From positions 166,217 through 230,216 of the forward strand of contig CAIQVJ010000019.1 in NCBI GenBank assembly GCA_903875225.1: a stretch of 64,000 nt of DNA, in the 5' to 3' direction. Numbering within the stretch: the stretch's first letter is position 1; every line of letters starts with the position of its first letter. The stretch comes from an uncultured Pseudomonadota bacterium. Lineage in GTDB: Bacteria > Myxococcota_A > UBA796 > SXON01. A program made the position numbers and the translations under genes. Below are positions 8,774 to 18,274 of the stretch, piece after piece. The notes under the pieces are model-generated. The model made no database searches and had not been told where the DNA came from. It saw nothing but the letters and a program-made list of their open reading frames with translations.

Positions 8774-10468
8774 ATGACCCGGCTCATCCTCGCGGCCCTG
8801 CTCGGCGTTGGCTGTCGGGCCCACGAGCCGGGAAGTCTCGACACCGCCGAGCCGGGGGTGGACTCCCCTCTCGACCCCGTGCCCGGCGCCCTCGACATCC
8901 TCTACGATGCCGACGTCGTCAACGAGGTCTCCATCGTGATCGACGCCGAGGACTGGGACACCCTCCGCCAACAGCACTGGAACCTCCCGGAGATGTTCAC
9001 CGGCGACTGCATGTCGTCGCCCTGGGAGTCGCCCTACACCTGGTTCCCGGGGTCGGTCACGGTCAACGGGGAAACCGCTGCATTGGCCGGGCTGCGGAAG
9101 AAGGGCTCGATGGGTTCTGCAAGCACGACGAAGCCAGGGTTGAAGGTTGCTTTCGACGAGTATGAGGAGGGCGGGAGCCTGCTCGGGGTCGACGGGCTCA
9201 CGCTCAACAACGCAGTCCAGGACTCCTCCCTCATCCGCCAATGCCTGGGCTATGAACTCTGGCGGGCGACAGGCGCGCCCGCCTCGCGCTGCAACTTCGC
9301 GCATGTCACCGTGAACGGCGAGGACCTCGGTGTCTACGTGAACGTAGAGCCCCTCGACAAGAATTTCCTCCGGGAGCATTTCGGCGACCCTGAGGGTGAC
9401 CTCTACGAAGGCGCAGGGTCCGACTTTCGCGAAGGGTTCACCGGCACGTTCGACCGCAAGACCAACGAGGACGACCCGGATCCGGGCGACATCGAAGCGC
9501 TCGCCCGCGCCCTCGAGGTCGATGACGCGGATCTCGTCGCCGCCCTCGACCCCCTGATAGACCTCGACGCCTTCATGGCCTACTGGGCGATGGAGGTACT
9601 GCTCGGCCACTGGGACTCGTACGACGGGAACATCAACAACTTCTTCGTGTACCACGACCCCGAGAGCGGCCGGTTCTCGTTCATCCCCTCAGGGATCGAC
9701 GCGGTGCTCGAAGGGGTCGATCCATTCGGCGAGGGGGCGCCGACCTCGGTTGTGGCCGAGAGCGCGCTCTCCGTCCGCCTGTACGCGCTCCCCGAGACGC
9801 GCGCTGCCTACCAGTCCGCGTTGCGCGACCTGCTGGACACGGTCTGGGACGAGGCGGCCATCGCCGCCGAGGTCGACCGCATGGAGGTGCTGCTGAAGCC
9901 GTACGTGGCGCGCTCGGATCGAGGGACCTTCGAAGACGGAGTGGACAGCGTCCGAACCGTAGCTGCCAGCCGGCGGGACGCAATCCTCTCTGAGCTCGAC
10001 GCCGGCGGGCCGGACTGGGAGGGGAACCTCCGCGACGCGTACTGCCTCACTGCAGTGGGGACCGTGGCGGCCACCTTCTCGCTCACGTGGCCAGACGGCG
10101 ACCTGTACGACGTGGACGGCACCACCTTCTCCTTCACCTACCGGGGCGACGACATCGAGATCACGGGCGCCAGCGGCGCGGTGGCCGACGCCGGGGACGA
10201 GACGAACGTCATCCTGGCCGCCTACGGGCAGACCGGGTGGGGCTCCGAGGTGCTGGTCTACATGCTCGTCCCCTACGATGCGTTCGCGACGGGCGACCTG
10301 CCGGTCGACTGGTGGACGGTCACCGCCTATCTGTACACCCGCGACACGGCCGCGGACGATTGGGAGGTGGCCGCGTACGTATACGACGGGGTGCTCCAAC
10401 TCGACGTCGCCGAGACCTTCACGGGGGGGGCGGTGGTGGGGAGCTTCGACGCGGGCGTATGGGGGTGA
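8774..10468 (+). CDS. CotH-family (atypical kinase fold) secreted lipoprotein
   Basis: An internal ATG gives MTRLILAALLGVGC (signal/lipobox-like). The central region matches the CotH pattern as I remember it: LTLNNAVQDSSLIRQCLGYELWRATG...VTVNGEDLGVYVNVEPLDKNFL...GDLYE...WDSYDGNINNFFVYHD. It is divergent from the giant surface-protein gene. Confidence 0.78.
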   Translation: MTRLILAALLGVGCRAHEPGSLDTAEPGVDSPLDPVPGALDILYDADVVNEVSIVIDAEDWDTLRQQHWNLPEMFTGDCMSSPWESPYTWFPGSVTVNGETAALAGLRKKGSMGSASTTKPGLKVAFDEYEEGGSLLGVDGLTLNNAVQDSSLIRQCLGYELWRATGAPASRCNFAHVTVNGEDLGVYVNVEPLDKNFLREHFGDPEGDLYEGAGSDFREGFTGTFDRKTNEDDPDPGDIEALARALEVDDADLVAALDPLIDLDAFMAYWAMEVLLGHWDSYDGNINNFFVYHDPESGRFSFIPSGIDAVLEGVDPFGEGAPTSVVAESALSVRLYALPETRAAYQSALRDLLDTVWDEAAIAAEVDRMEVLLKPYVARSDRGTFEDGVDSVRTVAASRRDAILSELDAGGPDWEGNLRDAYCLTAVGTVAATFSLTWPDGDLYDVDGTTFSFTYRGDDIEITGASGAVADAGDETNVILAAYGQTGWGSEVLVYMLVPYDAFATGDLPVDWWTVTAYLYTRDTAADDWEVAAYVYDGVLQLDVAETFTGGAVVGSFDAGVWG

Positions 10469-10529
10469 AGGATGGGTGGCGCGACTGACCGACACCCGGT
10501 AAGCGTGCCACCCGACCCAGGGAGAGCCC

Positions 10530-10775
10530 ATGAGTGAGCAGCGCGTCTTCGCCCCCGACATCCCCGCCGGCGTGAAGCCCACGGGCCCGGCGTCCTACTT
10601 TCCCAGCATCGAGACACGCTACGGACGGCCGATCCAGGAGTGGCTGGATCTGGTGGTGGAGCGCCTGAAATCCGAGCGCCACATGCAGGTGGTCGCCTGG
10701 CTCAAGGAGGCGCACGGCATGGGCCACGGGCACGCCAACGCCGTAGTGGGGTACGTCCGCGCCAGCCTGGGGTGA
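10530..10775 (+). CDS. DUF4287-like small protein
   Basis: 81 aa. The segment SYFPSIETRYGRPIQEWLDLV...HMQVVAWLKEAHGMGHGHANAVV resembles the DUF4287 family signature as I recall it. Confidence 0.65.
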   Translation: MSEQRVFAPDIPAGVKPTGPASYFPSIETRYGRPIQEWLDLVVERLKSERHMQVVAWLKEAHGMGHGHANAVVGYVRASLG

Positions 10776-10830
10776 GTCTGGGCTTCGCACGCGTCGGCTA
10801 GCGGGGGCGGCCCCCCGGTGGATCAGCAGA

Positions 10831-11379
10831 TCATCGAGGGGTTGGCTGGGTGACCGCAGCGGTGGCTGCGGCGAGGATGTCCGCGACGTCGGCGAGCGCG
10901 CCCACTCCCACGTCGCCGCAGGCGAGTCGCTTCTCGGTGGGCGCGACCCAGGTGTAGCGCTGCAGTTCGTCGATCCAGCGGATGTTCCGCTGCACCGCGG
11001 GGTTGAACCACATCTCGGTGTTCATGGCGGGGGCCAGCACGCAGGGGGTGCTGCGGGGGAGCGCGAGCAGCGTCGTCGCGAGCAGATCGTCTGCGAGCCC
11101 ACAGGCCAGCTTGCCCAGGACGTTGGCCGAGAGCGGCGCCACCACGGCGACGCTCGCCCACCTGGCGAGGTGGATGTGGGCCATCGCGTCCTCAAAGGTG
11201 TTCGTGTGCACCGGGCGGCCGGTCAGGCCCGCGAAGGTGAGGGGGCCCACGAACCGGGCCGCGTTGGCCGTCAGGATGACCTCGACCGTCCAGCCCGCCT
11301 TGACGGCGAGCGAGGTGAGCTCACAGGCCTTGTAGGCGGCGATGCCGCCTGTCACCCCGAGGAGCAGGTTCCTATTCAT
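10831..11379 (-). CDS. coaC: Phosphopantothenoylcysteine decarboxylase-type flavoprotein (stand-alone CoaC/HFCD domain)
   Basis: MNRNLLLGVTGGIAAYKA, PAMNTEMW and LACGDVGVGAL match the CoaC half of Dfp. There is no CoaB domain. The start is taken at the internal ATG (MNRN). Confidence 0.85.
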   Translation of the reverse strand: MNRNLLLGVTGGIAAYKACELTSLAVKAGWTVEVILTANAARFVGPLTFAGLTGRPVHTNTFEDAMAHIHLARWASVAVVAPLSANVLGKLACGLADDLLATTLLALPRSTPCVLAPAMNTEMWFNPAVQRNIRWIDELQRYTWVAPTEKRLACGDVGVGALADVADILAAATAAVTQPTPR

Positions 11380-13210
11380 CGAGCACCGGCGCACCCTGGA
11401 GCAGTGTGGCCAGGTAGTCCCGGTAGAAGTGGCGGGCGTCCGGGTTGTCGTAGATGGCGAAGTGGTCGTCTTCGGGGAACTGCGCCACGCCGGAGGTGAC
11501 CGCGCTGCCGGTCCAGTCCGTCACGTCATCGGAGGTGGGCAGCGGGAGGTCCGGGAGGTCGCGGAGGGCGAGCGCCTCCGGGCTGGTCGCCGGGGTGCCC
11601 ACGATGGGCATTCGCCCCGCCGAAGCGAGGGCCTCGGCGGTGATGGAGGGCGTGTACTGGTCCAACAGGCCCTCGGTGAGCTCCATCGGCATCGGCGACG
11701 CGCCCTCGCGGTCGAGCCAGTCCCCCTGCTCGGCGTACCAGTACGGTGCGTAGTTCACCGGGTCCGTGGCGTCTGCGAGCGTCTGGATCAGGGCCAGCAC
11801 GGGGTGGAATGCGGTCAGCCGCTCATTTTCGTCGAAGCCGAGCAGGCCCTCGAGGGTGGCCGCGATGTCGAGCGGGTCCTTGCGCAGCAGCAAGGTGAGC
11901 GTGAGCCCGCCGCCCGCGCCCGAGAGCCCGGAGCCCAGCAGATCCCCGGCGAAGAAGGGGGTGCCGATGGCGCCCACCAGCCCGCCCTGCGAGTGGCCGA
12001 AGAACGCGACGCGTGTCGTGTCGATCGGCACGCTCTCGCCCTCGTAGGTGAACCCCGGGATGCTGCGGGTGAGCGCTCGGGCGAGGTAGATCTGGTCGAG
12101 CGCACCCTGTCGGAAGTTGGTGCGGCCCGCCGCCGGATTGTAGAAGTTGAAGCTGTCCAGCTCCACGTTCGTGCCAGGCGTCGATCGGTCGCCGTGTAGC
12201 GGCTGGCTCACCCCGAACATCGCGACGCCCTCGCGCGCCATCACGAGGCCCTCGTCGGAGGTGTTCCCCTGGCAGAAGCTGAAGTTGTCGCCACCCGTCC
12301 CGTGGCTGTACAACACGAGCGGCCAGCCGCCCGCCGGGGGCTCGCCCGGGGGCACCGTCAGCGAGAACTCCACACGCTCCCACTGGTAGATCTCGGGCGC
12401 CCCCGCCTCGTCGAACAGGAAGCCTCCGCTGCCGACGTCGTGGTAGGGCCGCGCGCCCTGTTGCCACACGGGCATCAGCACGTTGCCGACGTAGAGCCGG
12501 TAGTCGCCACGGTCTGCGTAGAGGGTGAGCGCCTGGTCCAACGGCGGGATGGCGATCTCATCGTGGATGGCGCGCGCGATGCGCGCCGTCTCGCGGATGG
12601 GATCCTGGGTCGTGAACGTCACGGCGAACGAGACGGTGTCGCGGTCCACCCCCTTGGAGACCAGCGTGCTCTCCAGCGCTCCGTACCCATCGGCGGTCCA
12701 GTCGATCGGCTGGGGCGCGACCAGGGGACTCTTGAACACCAGGGCATACCGCGTGCTCGGCCGCAGGGGGAACCCGAAGATCGGCGCGGTGGCCAGCAGG
12801 TGCTCGGCCTGCCACGACGTGCCCGCCTCGGTCCATTCGAAGTCGATCGGGATGCGCTCGCCCCGGTGCGGGCTGCCGATCCCGATGTCCATCAGGTACA
12901 CGGGGCTGGTCTTCTCCAGGGATCCGGCGGGGGTGGGCAGCAGGCTCTCGTCGATCGACCCCTCGAAGCGCACGTACACCGGGCTGTTGGCGCCGGCCCC
13001 GTCCACGTCGCCCACGGCGTCCAGGTACGCATCCACGATCGGGTAGAGCCCCATGTGTGGGAACCCGGTCACGTCGGGGTGCCCGTCGACCATCCGGGTG
13101 TCGGAGGGCCAGGGGCTGTCGAAAAAATCCGATCCCTGGGTGACCGGCACTGCTCCGGTCCCGTTCAGCGATTGGGTGCATCCGAGCAGCAAGAGAGGAA
13201 CGGAGAGCAT
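11372..13210 (-). CDS. Secreted alpha/beta-hydrolase lipoprotein (esterase/lipase-like)
   Basis: MLSVPLLLLGC lipobox, FFGHSQGG nucleophile elbow (GxSxG) and an oxyanion-like YSHGTGG segment. Its 3' end overlaps the coaC start by 8 nt, so the two are probably one operon. Confidence 0.8.
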   Translation of the reverse strand: MLSVPLLLLGCTQSLNGTGAVPVTQGSDFFDSPWPSDTRMVDGHPDVTGFPHMGLYPIVDAYLDAVGDVDGAGANSPVYVRFEGSIDESLLPTPAGSLEKTSPVYLMDIGIGSPHRGERIPIDFEWTEAGTSWQAEHLLATAPIFGFPLRPSTRYALVFKSPLVAPQPIDWTADGYGALESTLVSKGVDRDTVSFAVTFTTQDPIRETARIARAIHDEIAIPPLDQALTLYADRGDYRLYVGNVLMPVWQQGARPYHDVGSGGFLFDEAGAPEIYQWERVEFSLTVPPGEPPAGGWPLVLYSHGTGGDNFSFCQGNTSDEGLVMAREGVAMFGVSQPLHGDRSTPGTNVELDSFNFYNPAAGRTNFRQGALDQIYLARALTRSIPGFTYEGESVPIDTTRVAFFGHSQGGLVGAIGTPFFAGDLLGSGLSGAGGGLTLTLLLRKDPLDIAATLEGLLGFDENERLTAFHPVLALIQTLADATDPVNYAPYWYAEQGDWLDREGASPMPMELTEGLLDQYTPSITAEALASAGRMPIVGTPATSPEALALRDLPDLPLPTSDDVTDWTGSAVTSGVAQFPEDDHFAIYDNPDARHFYRDYLATLLQGAPVLDE

Positions 13211-13300
13211 GGGTCACGCTATATCCGCGGGAGGCGCGAGAGGTCGAAGCCGTCCGTCGAGGGCTCGCGAGGGTCGGATTTGAGGTAAGGTTGACGTCAG

Positions 13301-14518
13301 ATGGCTCCCGCCCCCCGGCTCTCCCCCCGCTACCACCGGGTCCGTCCCTCCACAGCCTCCGAGCTGGCGAGGGAGGGGAGGGCATACGCCGAGCTCGGCC
13401 GACATGTAATCAACCTTCAAGGCGGACACCTGCCGGGCGAGATGGACCACAGCCTGCGCAAGGTGGGCGCCGAGGCGTGGCGCGAAGGCCGGGTGACGTA
13501 CACCGAGGGGAATGGCCTCGCGGATCTGCGGGACGCGGTGCTCGACTGGCTCGAGCTCAGGGACGTGCGCAGCGTCGAGAACGTCCTGATCGCGGCGGGC
13601 TCCCGGTCTGCCCTCTCCGCCGTGCTGGCGGTGATCACCAGCGCCGGCGACGTCGTGCTCGTGGACGGCGCCGCCTGGAGCGTGTTCCACCCGCTGGTCA
13701 GCGCTGGCGGAGCCACGCCCGTCCCGATCATCCCGCAGAGCCTCGAGGCGACCGGGCGGCACTTCAAGCTCACGGCTGCAGACGTCCGCACCCAACTCCA
13801 GCTGATGCCCGGTGCACGCGCGGTGTTGCTCGCGAATCCGGTGAACCCGACCGCGCAGCTCTACACGGCCGAGGAGGTCGTCGCCATCGTGGAGGTGTGC
13901 GCCCAGGCGGGCGCTGTCTGCATCATCGACCGGTTGTACGGCAAGCTGCTCTACGATGGCGTGCGGTACCCGTACCTGCCCTCGACCCCTGCGGTCCGCG
14001 ACTACTGCGTCTTGATCGACGGCGTCTCGCGTGCGTTCCGGGGGGCCGGTGGGCTGCGGGTGGGGTGGGCGTGCGGGCCCTTCGACATCATCGAGGCTGC
14101 GGGCCGCGTGCAGACCGTCGGGATGGGGCCGGCCCACCGCGTGGATCAGCTCGTCGCCCTCGCCGCGATCACCGCACCCTACGATCTCGGCTTGATCGAG
14201 GAGCTGCAGGGGCTCCGGGACCTGCTGTTCGAGTCGGCGCAGGGCATCCCCGAGCTGGTCGCCTGGCCGGTGGCCGGCACGATGTACTGCATGCTCGACG
14301 TGCGCAGGTTTCGCGGCCGCACCGACGCGAGCAGCTGGGTGGTCGACACGTCGGCGGAATTCGCCGACTACCTGCTAACCGACGGCGGGGTCCTCGTGGC
14401 TCCCGGTGACATCGTCGGGCAGGAAGGCTTCATCCGCGTGGCGTTCAGTCGCCCGGCCGAGGACGTCGCCGCGGGGATGGCGCGGATCGCGTTGTCGTTG
14501 GGGCGGTTGAGGTCGTAG
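13301..14518 (+). CDS. Class I/II aminotransferase-fold protein lacking the PLP-binding lysine
   Basis: The fold markers appear in the correct order: LLANPVNPTA, IIDRLYG, DGVSRAFRGAGGLRVGW, FIRVAFS. The codon at the Schiff-base Lys position is CGT (Arg), within GTC TCG CGT GCG TTC around 14029-14043. Confidence 0.85.
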   Translation: MAPAPRLSPRYHRVRPSTASELAREGRAYAELGRHVINLQGGHLPGEMDHSLRKVGAEAWREGRVTYTEGNGLADLRDAVLDWLELRDVRSVENVLIAAGSRSALSAVLAVITSAGDVVLVDGAAWSVFHPLVSAGGATPVPIIPQSLEATGRHFKLTAADVRTQLQLMPGARAVLLANPVNPTAQLYTAEEVVAIVEVCAQAGAVCIIDRLYGKLLYDGVRYPYLPSTPAVRDYCVLIDGVSRAFRGAGGLRVGWACGPFDIIEAAGRVQTVGMGPAHRVDQLVALAAITAPYDLGLIEELQGLRDLLFESAQGIPELVAWPVAGTMYCMLDVRRFRGRTDASSWVVDTSAEFADYLLTDGGVLVAPGDIVGQEGFIRVAFSRPAEDVAAGMARIALSLGRLRS

Positions 14519-14614
14519 CGCAGGGGGCTTCGCGATTCCTGCGACGACCGGCGCACGGCGGCGCCGGACGCACACCGCGAAGCGCGTGGAGTGGAGCCGC
14601 CCCGCCAGCGGGGC

Positions 14615-15361
14615 TTATACGGTCTTTCCGAAGACCCGCTTGTAGAGCTCCCGGTAGGTCTCGGAGAGGTCCCCGAGATCACGACGGAACACGTCCTTGT
14701 CCAGGTGGCGGCCGGTGCTGCGCTCCCAGAGGCGGGAGCCGTCGGGCGTGATCTCGTCGGCCAGCACGACGGCGGTCGCACTGCCGATGGAGACACGGCC
14801 AAACTCCAGCTTGAAGTCCACGAGATCGATCCCGAGCTCGTTCCAGAACGCCTGCAGGACGGAGTTCACCCGGAGCGAGTACTCGTGCATCGCGCGCAGC
14901 TCCCAGGCCTTCGCCCAGCCGAGCAGCACGGCGGTGGACTCGTTGATCTGCGGATCGTTCAGCGTGTCGGACTTGTAGAAGTGCTCGACCAGGGGCGCCG
15001 GGAGCTTCTGCCCCTCCGGCAGCCCGAGCTTGCGGGCGAGCCCGCCCGCCACGACGTTGCGAACCACGACCTCCACCGGGATGATGTCCACTGCGAGGCA
15101 GAGCTGGTCACGATCGTTGAGGTTGCGCTCGAACGCGACGGGCACGCCGGCCGCGGCGACCTTTTCCATGAAGAAGGCGCTGATCCGGCAGTTGATCACG
15201 CCCTTGTCGGCGATCTCGGCCTTCTTGAGGCCGTTGAACGCGGTGGCGCCGTCGGTGTAGTGGATGATGATGCGCGCGGGGTCGTGCGTGGCGTAGACCT
15301 GCTTGGCCTTGCCCTGGTACAGGAGGGCACCGCGGCTGAACTCGGGGGAATCGAGAGACAT
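14615..15361 (-). CDS. purC: Phosphoribosylaminoimidazole-succinocarboxamide (SAICAR) synthase
   Basis: Full-length 248 aa. LYQGKAKQVY...TDGATAFNG...IPVEVVVRN...GLPEG...DEITPD are typical PurC blocks. Confidence 0.95.
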   Translation of the reverse strand: MSLDSPEFSRGALLYQGKAKQVYATHDPARIIIHYTDGATAFNGLKKAEIADKGVINCRISAFFMEKVAAAGVPVAFERNLNDRDQLCLAVDIIPVEVVVRNVVAGGLARKLGLPEGQKLPAPLVEHFYKSDTLNDPQINESTAVLLGWAKAWELRAMHEYSLRVNSVLQAFWNELGIDLVDFKLEFGRVSIGSATAVVLADEITPDGSRLWERSTGRHLDKDVFRRDLGDLSETYRELYKRVFGKTV

Positions 15362-15415
15362 GCAAGCTCCGGGGAGGGCCGCGCATATCTTCTGGGCGTC
15401 GCCCCTGCGACCCGA

Positions 15416-16447
15416 TCAGTCGAGGGAAATCGTGGTTTCGCCCACCTCGTGGGTGCCGGCCGCGGACCGCGCCTCACTCACCGCACCCTTCACCCCGATG
15501 CGGGAGTAGTCGGCTGTGAAGCTTGCGTTCAGGTCGCCATACTCGATCAGCGAGCTGTTCGTGATCTGGGCAGTGGAAGTGCCGGACCAGGCGCCGGCAC
15601 CGTCATCCGATCCGTCTACTTCTACGCCGAAGCTGCGGAGGTAGTCGCCCGCGGCGCTGCCATCCACGTTCGTGAAGTCGGCGGTGAGCTCGAAACCGGA
15701 AAATGCCAGCACGCCTTCGGGCTTCTTGCCCGCGATGCTGACGTCCGCGGTCATCGGGGGCTGATCGGTGTAGGGCGGTTCCCAGGGGTAGTCTGTTCCG
15801 GAGGAGGCCGGGGAGGCGACGATCTCCCCCTTGAAGCACACGAACAGCACCGTGGCCGAAACCCCGGTCTGGGCGAACGGGATCGCGGCGTTCATGTCAT
15901 CGCGGTCCTGCGGGGCCCAGCGCACGCTGGCGGTGACCTCGACGGAGAGATCGCCGCCCGAGTCGTGCTGATCGCGCCGCACCACGTAGGGCTCGCCCAG
16001 CGTGAACCCGAAGCCGTTGGACGTGTACCCGAGCCCCGGATCGTAGTCGACCGGGTAGTCCGAGGACTGGGCGACATCCGTGTTGATGGAGAAGCCGTCG
16101 AGGTAGACAGCCACGTCGTGATCGCACCCATCCGGGGCGGTCGCGGTGATCGTCGTCGTGCCGGAAGGATCGGGCCCGATCGTCCACTCCGCGCTGCCCT
16201 CGGTGTAGACGGCGCCGGGGATGCCGATGTCTGCGTAGCCGAGGCGGTAGTAGGGGGTGTCGGTCGCGTCCTGGCCGGTCGTGTAGCTGCCGCCGATGAG
16301 CCCGAGGTCGGCGGTGCCGTCCTGGTTGAGGGCGACCTTCAGCAGGGAGACCCGGTGGGAGAGCTGCTCCCACTCGTACTCCCAGCCGGTGAGCACCAGC
16401 GCGTGTACCGGGGCGTCGTTGCACGCGAGCAGGGAGAGGAGGAGCAT
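15416..16447 (-). CDS. Lipoprotein, unknown function
   Basis: An internal ATG gives MLLLSLLAC (lipobox LLAC). The product is a 343-aa Asp/Gly/Thr/Tyr-rich beta protein. An alternative start is ATG 16492. Confidence 0.6.
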   Translation of the reverse strand: MLLLSLLACNDAPVHALVLTGWEYEWEQLSHRVSLLKVALNQDGTADLGLIGGSYTTGQDATDTPYYRLGYADIGIPGAVYTEGSAEWTIGPDPSGTTTITATAPDGCDHDVAVYLDGFSINTDVAQSSDYPVDYDPGLGYTSNGFGFTLGEPYVVRRDQHDSGGDLSVEVTASVRWAPQDRDDMNAAIPFAQTGVSATVLFVCFKGEIVASPASSGTDYPWEPPYTDQPPMTADVSIAGKKPEGVLAFSGFELTADFTNVDGSAAGDYLRSFGVEVDGSDDGAGAWSGTSTAQITNSSLIEYGDLNASFTADYSRIGVKGAVSEARSAAGTHEVGETTISLD

Positions 16448-16720
16448 CGTGGGGTCTCGGGGATGTGGGAGCGCAGCAACATAATCGTCCATGACGGCGC
16501 CGCCGGGTGACCGCCTCGCCGGCCGGTCGCCGACCCCGCGTTTGGATCCTCCGTCACACAGGCGGCTGAATTCCTGTTTCGCGTTGTCACTTTCCCGCGG
16601 CACGCCTTGTGGGCGGGCTATGGGACAGACGCGGGGCGCCTCGCCCCCCGGTGCTCGACGTCCTCGGACGACGAGCACACGGTGATCGACGCGCCGTCGT
16701 CCCGCCCTGGAGCTCTACAC

Positions 16721-17161
16721 GTGAACTTTGTCTCTGCGTTCGCCCTCTTCCTCGCCTGCAGCGGCACCGCCGCACCGGCGCTGCCGACTGCCGTCGCACC
16801 CGCCGTCGGCACCCCTGCCGGGGGTGGAGCGCTCAGCGCGGCAGCGCTGTACGGCGCGTGCCAGGCGCGCGTGGAGGGTTCGTCGACCCCGGACGAGTGC
16901 CACACCGACTCCGACTGCGCGCGCGCAGGCTGCTCTCAGGAGGTGTGCGTCTCCGCCCGCAGGGTCTCCGAGGTCCAGTCCACGTGTGAGCGGCTGCCCT
17001 GCTTCACGACCCTGGACACGTGCGGCTGCCACGAAGGCATCTGCTCCTGGACGCTGAAGGAGCCGGAAGGGCTCTTGAAGTCCCCGCTCCCCGGCGCGCC
17101 GATGGTTCCCGAGGCCGCGCCCGCGGGTGCCGCGCCCGCCGTTCCAGCTGACGTGCAGTAG
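16721..17161 (+). CDS. Cys-rich secreted lipoprotein
   Basis: A GTG start gives VNFVSAFALFLAC (lipobox FLAC). Ten further Cys residues occur in about 70 aa (ECHTDSDCARAGCSQEVC...TCERLPCF...TCGCHEGICSW), followed by a Pro/Ala tail. Confidence 0.6.
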   Translation: MNFVSAFALFLACSGTAAPALPTAVAPAVGTPAGGGALSAAALYGACQARVEGSSTPDECHTDSDCARAGCSQEVCVSARRVSEVQSTCERLPCFTTLDTCGCHEGICSWTLKEPEGLLKSPLPGAPMVPEAAPAGAAPAVPADVQ

Positions 17162-17177
17162 ATCGAGGGGGGGCGAC

Positions 17178-17702
17178 GTGATCCGGGTCTCCGGCGGGAC
17201 GTTGGGCGGGCGGGTGCTGAAAGCCGAGGTGCCGGCGGGGGTGCGACCCACGGCGATCCGTACCCGGGCAGCGCTCTTCTCCATGCTCGGCCAGGATCTC
17301 TCCGGGTGGTCGTGGCTCGACGCGTGTGGGGGGACCGGCCTGATGGGGATCGAGGCGTGGTCGCGCGGGGCGGGGCCGGTCGTGATCGCCGAGCGTGACG
17401 CGGCAGCGGCGAAGGGGATCGAGCAGAACCTCGCAGCCCTCGGGACAGCCGGCGTGCGCCTCGTACGCATGGATGTGCAGCGCGCGACGCTCTCCCCGGT
17501 GGACGTGGTCTACCTGGATCCGCCCTACAAGGACCCGATCGCACCGTGGATCGCCTGGGCAGCAACCCTTGCGCGCCGCTACGTGATCGCAGAGGCGCGG
17601 GCGGGCACGGGGTGGCCGGACCCGCCGGAGGGCTTCACGGCCGATGGTGTGCGGCGCCATGGCGAGGCGGAGATCGCGTTCTTCCAGCGGGTGGCCCCGT
17701 GA
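17178..17702 (+). CDS. rsmD: 16S rRNA (guanine966-N2)-methyltransferase RsmD
   Basis: IRVSGG.LGGR.L......RPT..R.R.ALF..L, LDACGGTG and the YLDPPY motif. GTG start at 17178. Confidence 0.85.
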   Translation: MIRVSGGTLGGRVLKAEVPAGVRPTAIRTRAALFSMLGQDLSGWSWLDACGGTGLMGIEAWSRGAGPVVIAERDAAAAKGIEQNLAALGTAGVRLVRMDVQRATLSPVDVVYLDPPYKDPIAPWIAWAATLARRYVIAEARAGTGWPDPPEGFTADGVRRHGEAEIAFFQRVAP

Positions 17703-18274
17703 CGACAGTGGGGCTGACCGGTGGGATCGCCTGCGGCAAGAGCGCTGTGGCGAAGATCCTGCGTGAGATGGGCGTACCGGTGCTGGACCTGGACCAGGTC
17801 GCCCGCCAGGTGGTGGAGCCCGGCGAGCCCGCCCTCGCCGAGATCGAGGCCCAGTGGCCCGCGGTGGTCCGCGATGGCGTTCTCGACCGGAAAGCCCTGG
17901 GCGCTGTCGTCGTGGCCGATGCGGGAGCGCGCCGGCAGTTGGAGGCGATCACGCACCCGCGGATCTGGGCCCGGATGGAGGACTGGCTCTCGGAGCAGGC
18001 GGGCCCCGCGGTCGTCGAGGCGGCGCTGATGGTGGAGACGGGGAGCTACCGTCGGTACGACAAGCTGCTGGTGGTGGCCTGCTCGCCGGAGGTGCAACGC
18101 GCGAGGCTCGCCGCGCGGGAGGGCTACGACGAGGACACCGTGGAGCGCTGGGTCTCCACGCAGATGCCGTTGGCCGCGAAGGTGAAGCTGGCGGATGCCG
18201 TGATCTGGAACGACGGGACGGAGAGCCAGCTTGCGGCCGAGGTTCGTCGCGTGTGGGTGCACCTTCTGGGGTAG
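17699..18274 (+). CDS. coaE: Dephospho-CoA kinase
   Basis: VGLTGGIACGKS P-loop immediately after a GTG start that overlaps the rsmD stop (GTGA at 17699-17702). ITHPRI and VVEAALMVETG blocks are present. Confidence 0.9.
   Translation: MTTVGLTGGIACGKSAVAKILREMGVPVLDLDQVARQVVEPGEPALAEIEAQWPAVVRDGVLDRKALGAVVVADAGARRQLEAITHPRIWARMEDWLSEQAGPAVVEAALMVETGSYRRYDKLLVVACSPEVQRARLAAREGYDEDTVERWVSTQMPLAAKVKLADAVIWNDGTESQLAAEVRRVWVHLLG

Noticed and set aside
14591-16510. 639-aa plus-strand ORF
   Set aside because: It spans the antisense of purC and of the neighbouring lipoprotein gene. purC is unambiguous, so this is a shadow ORF.
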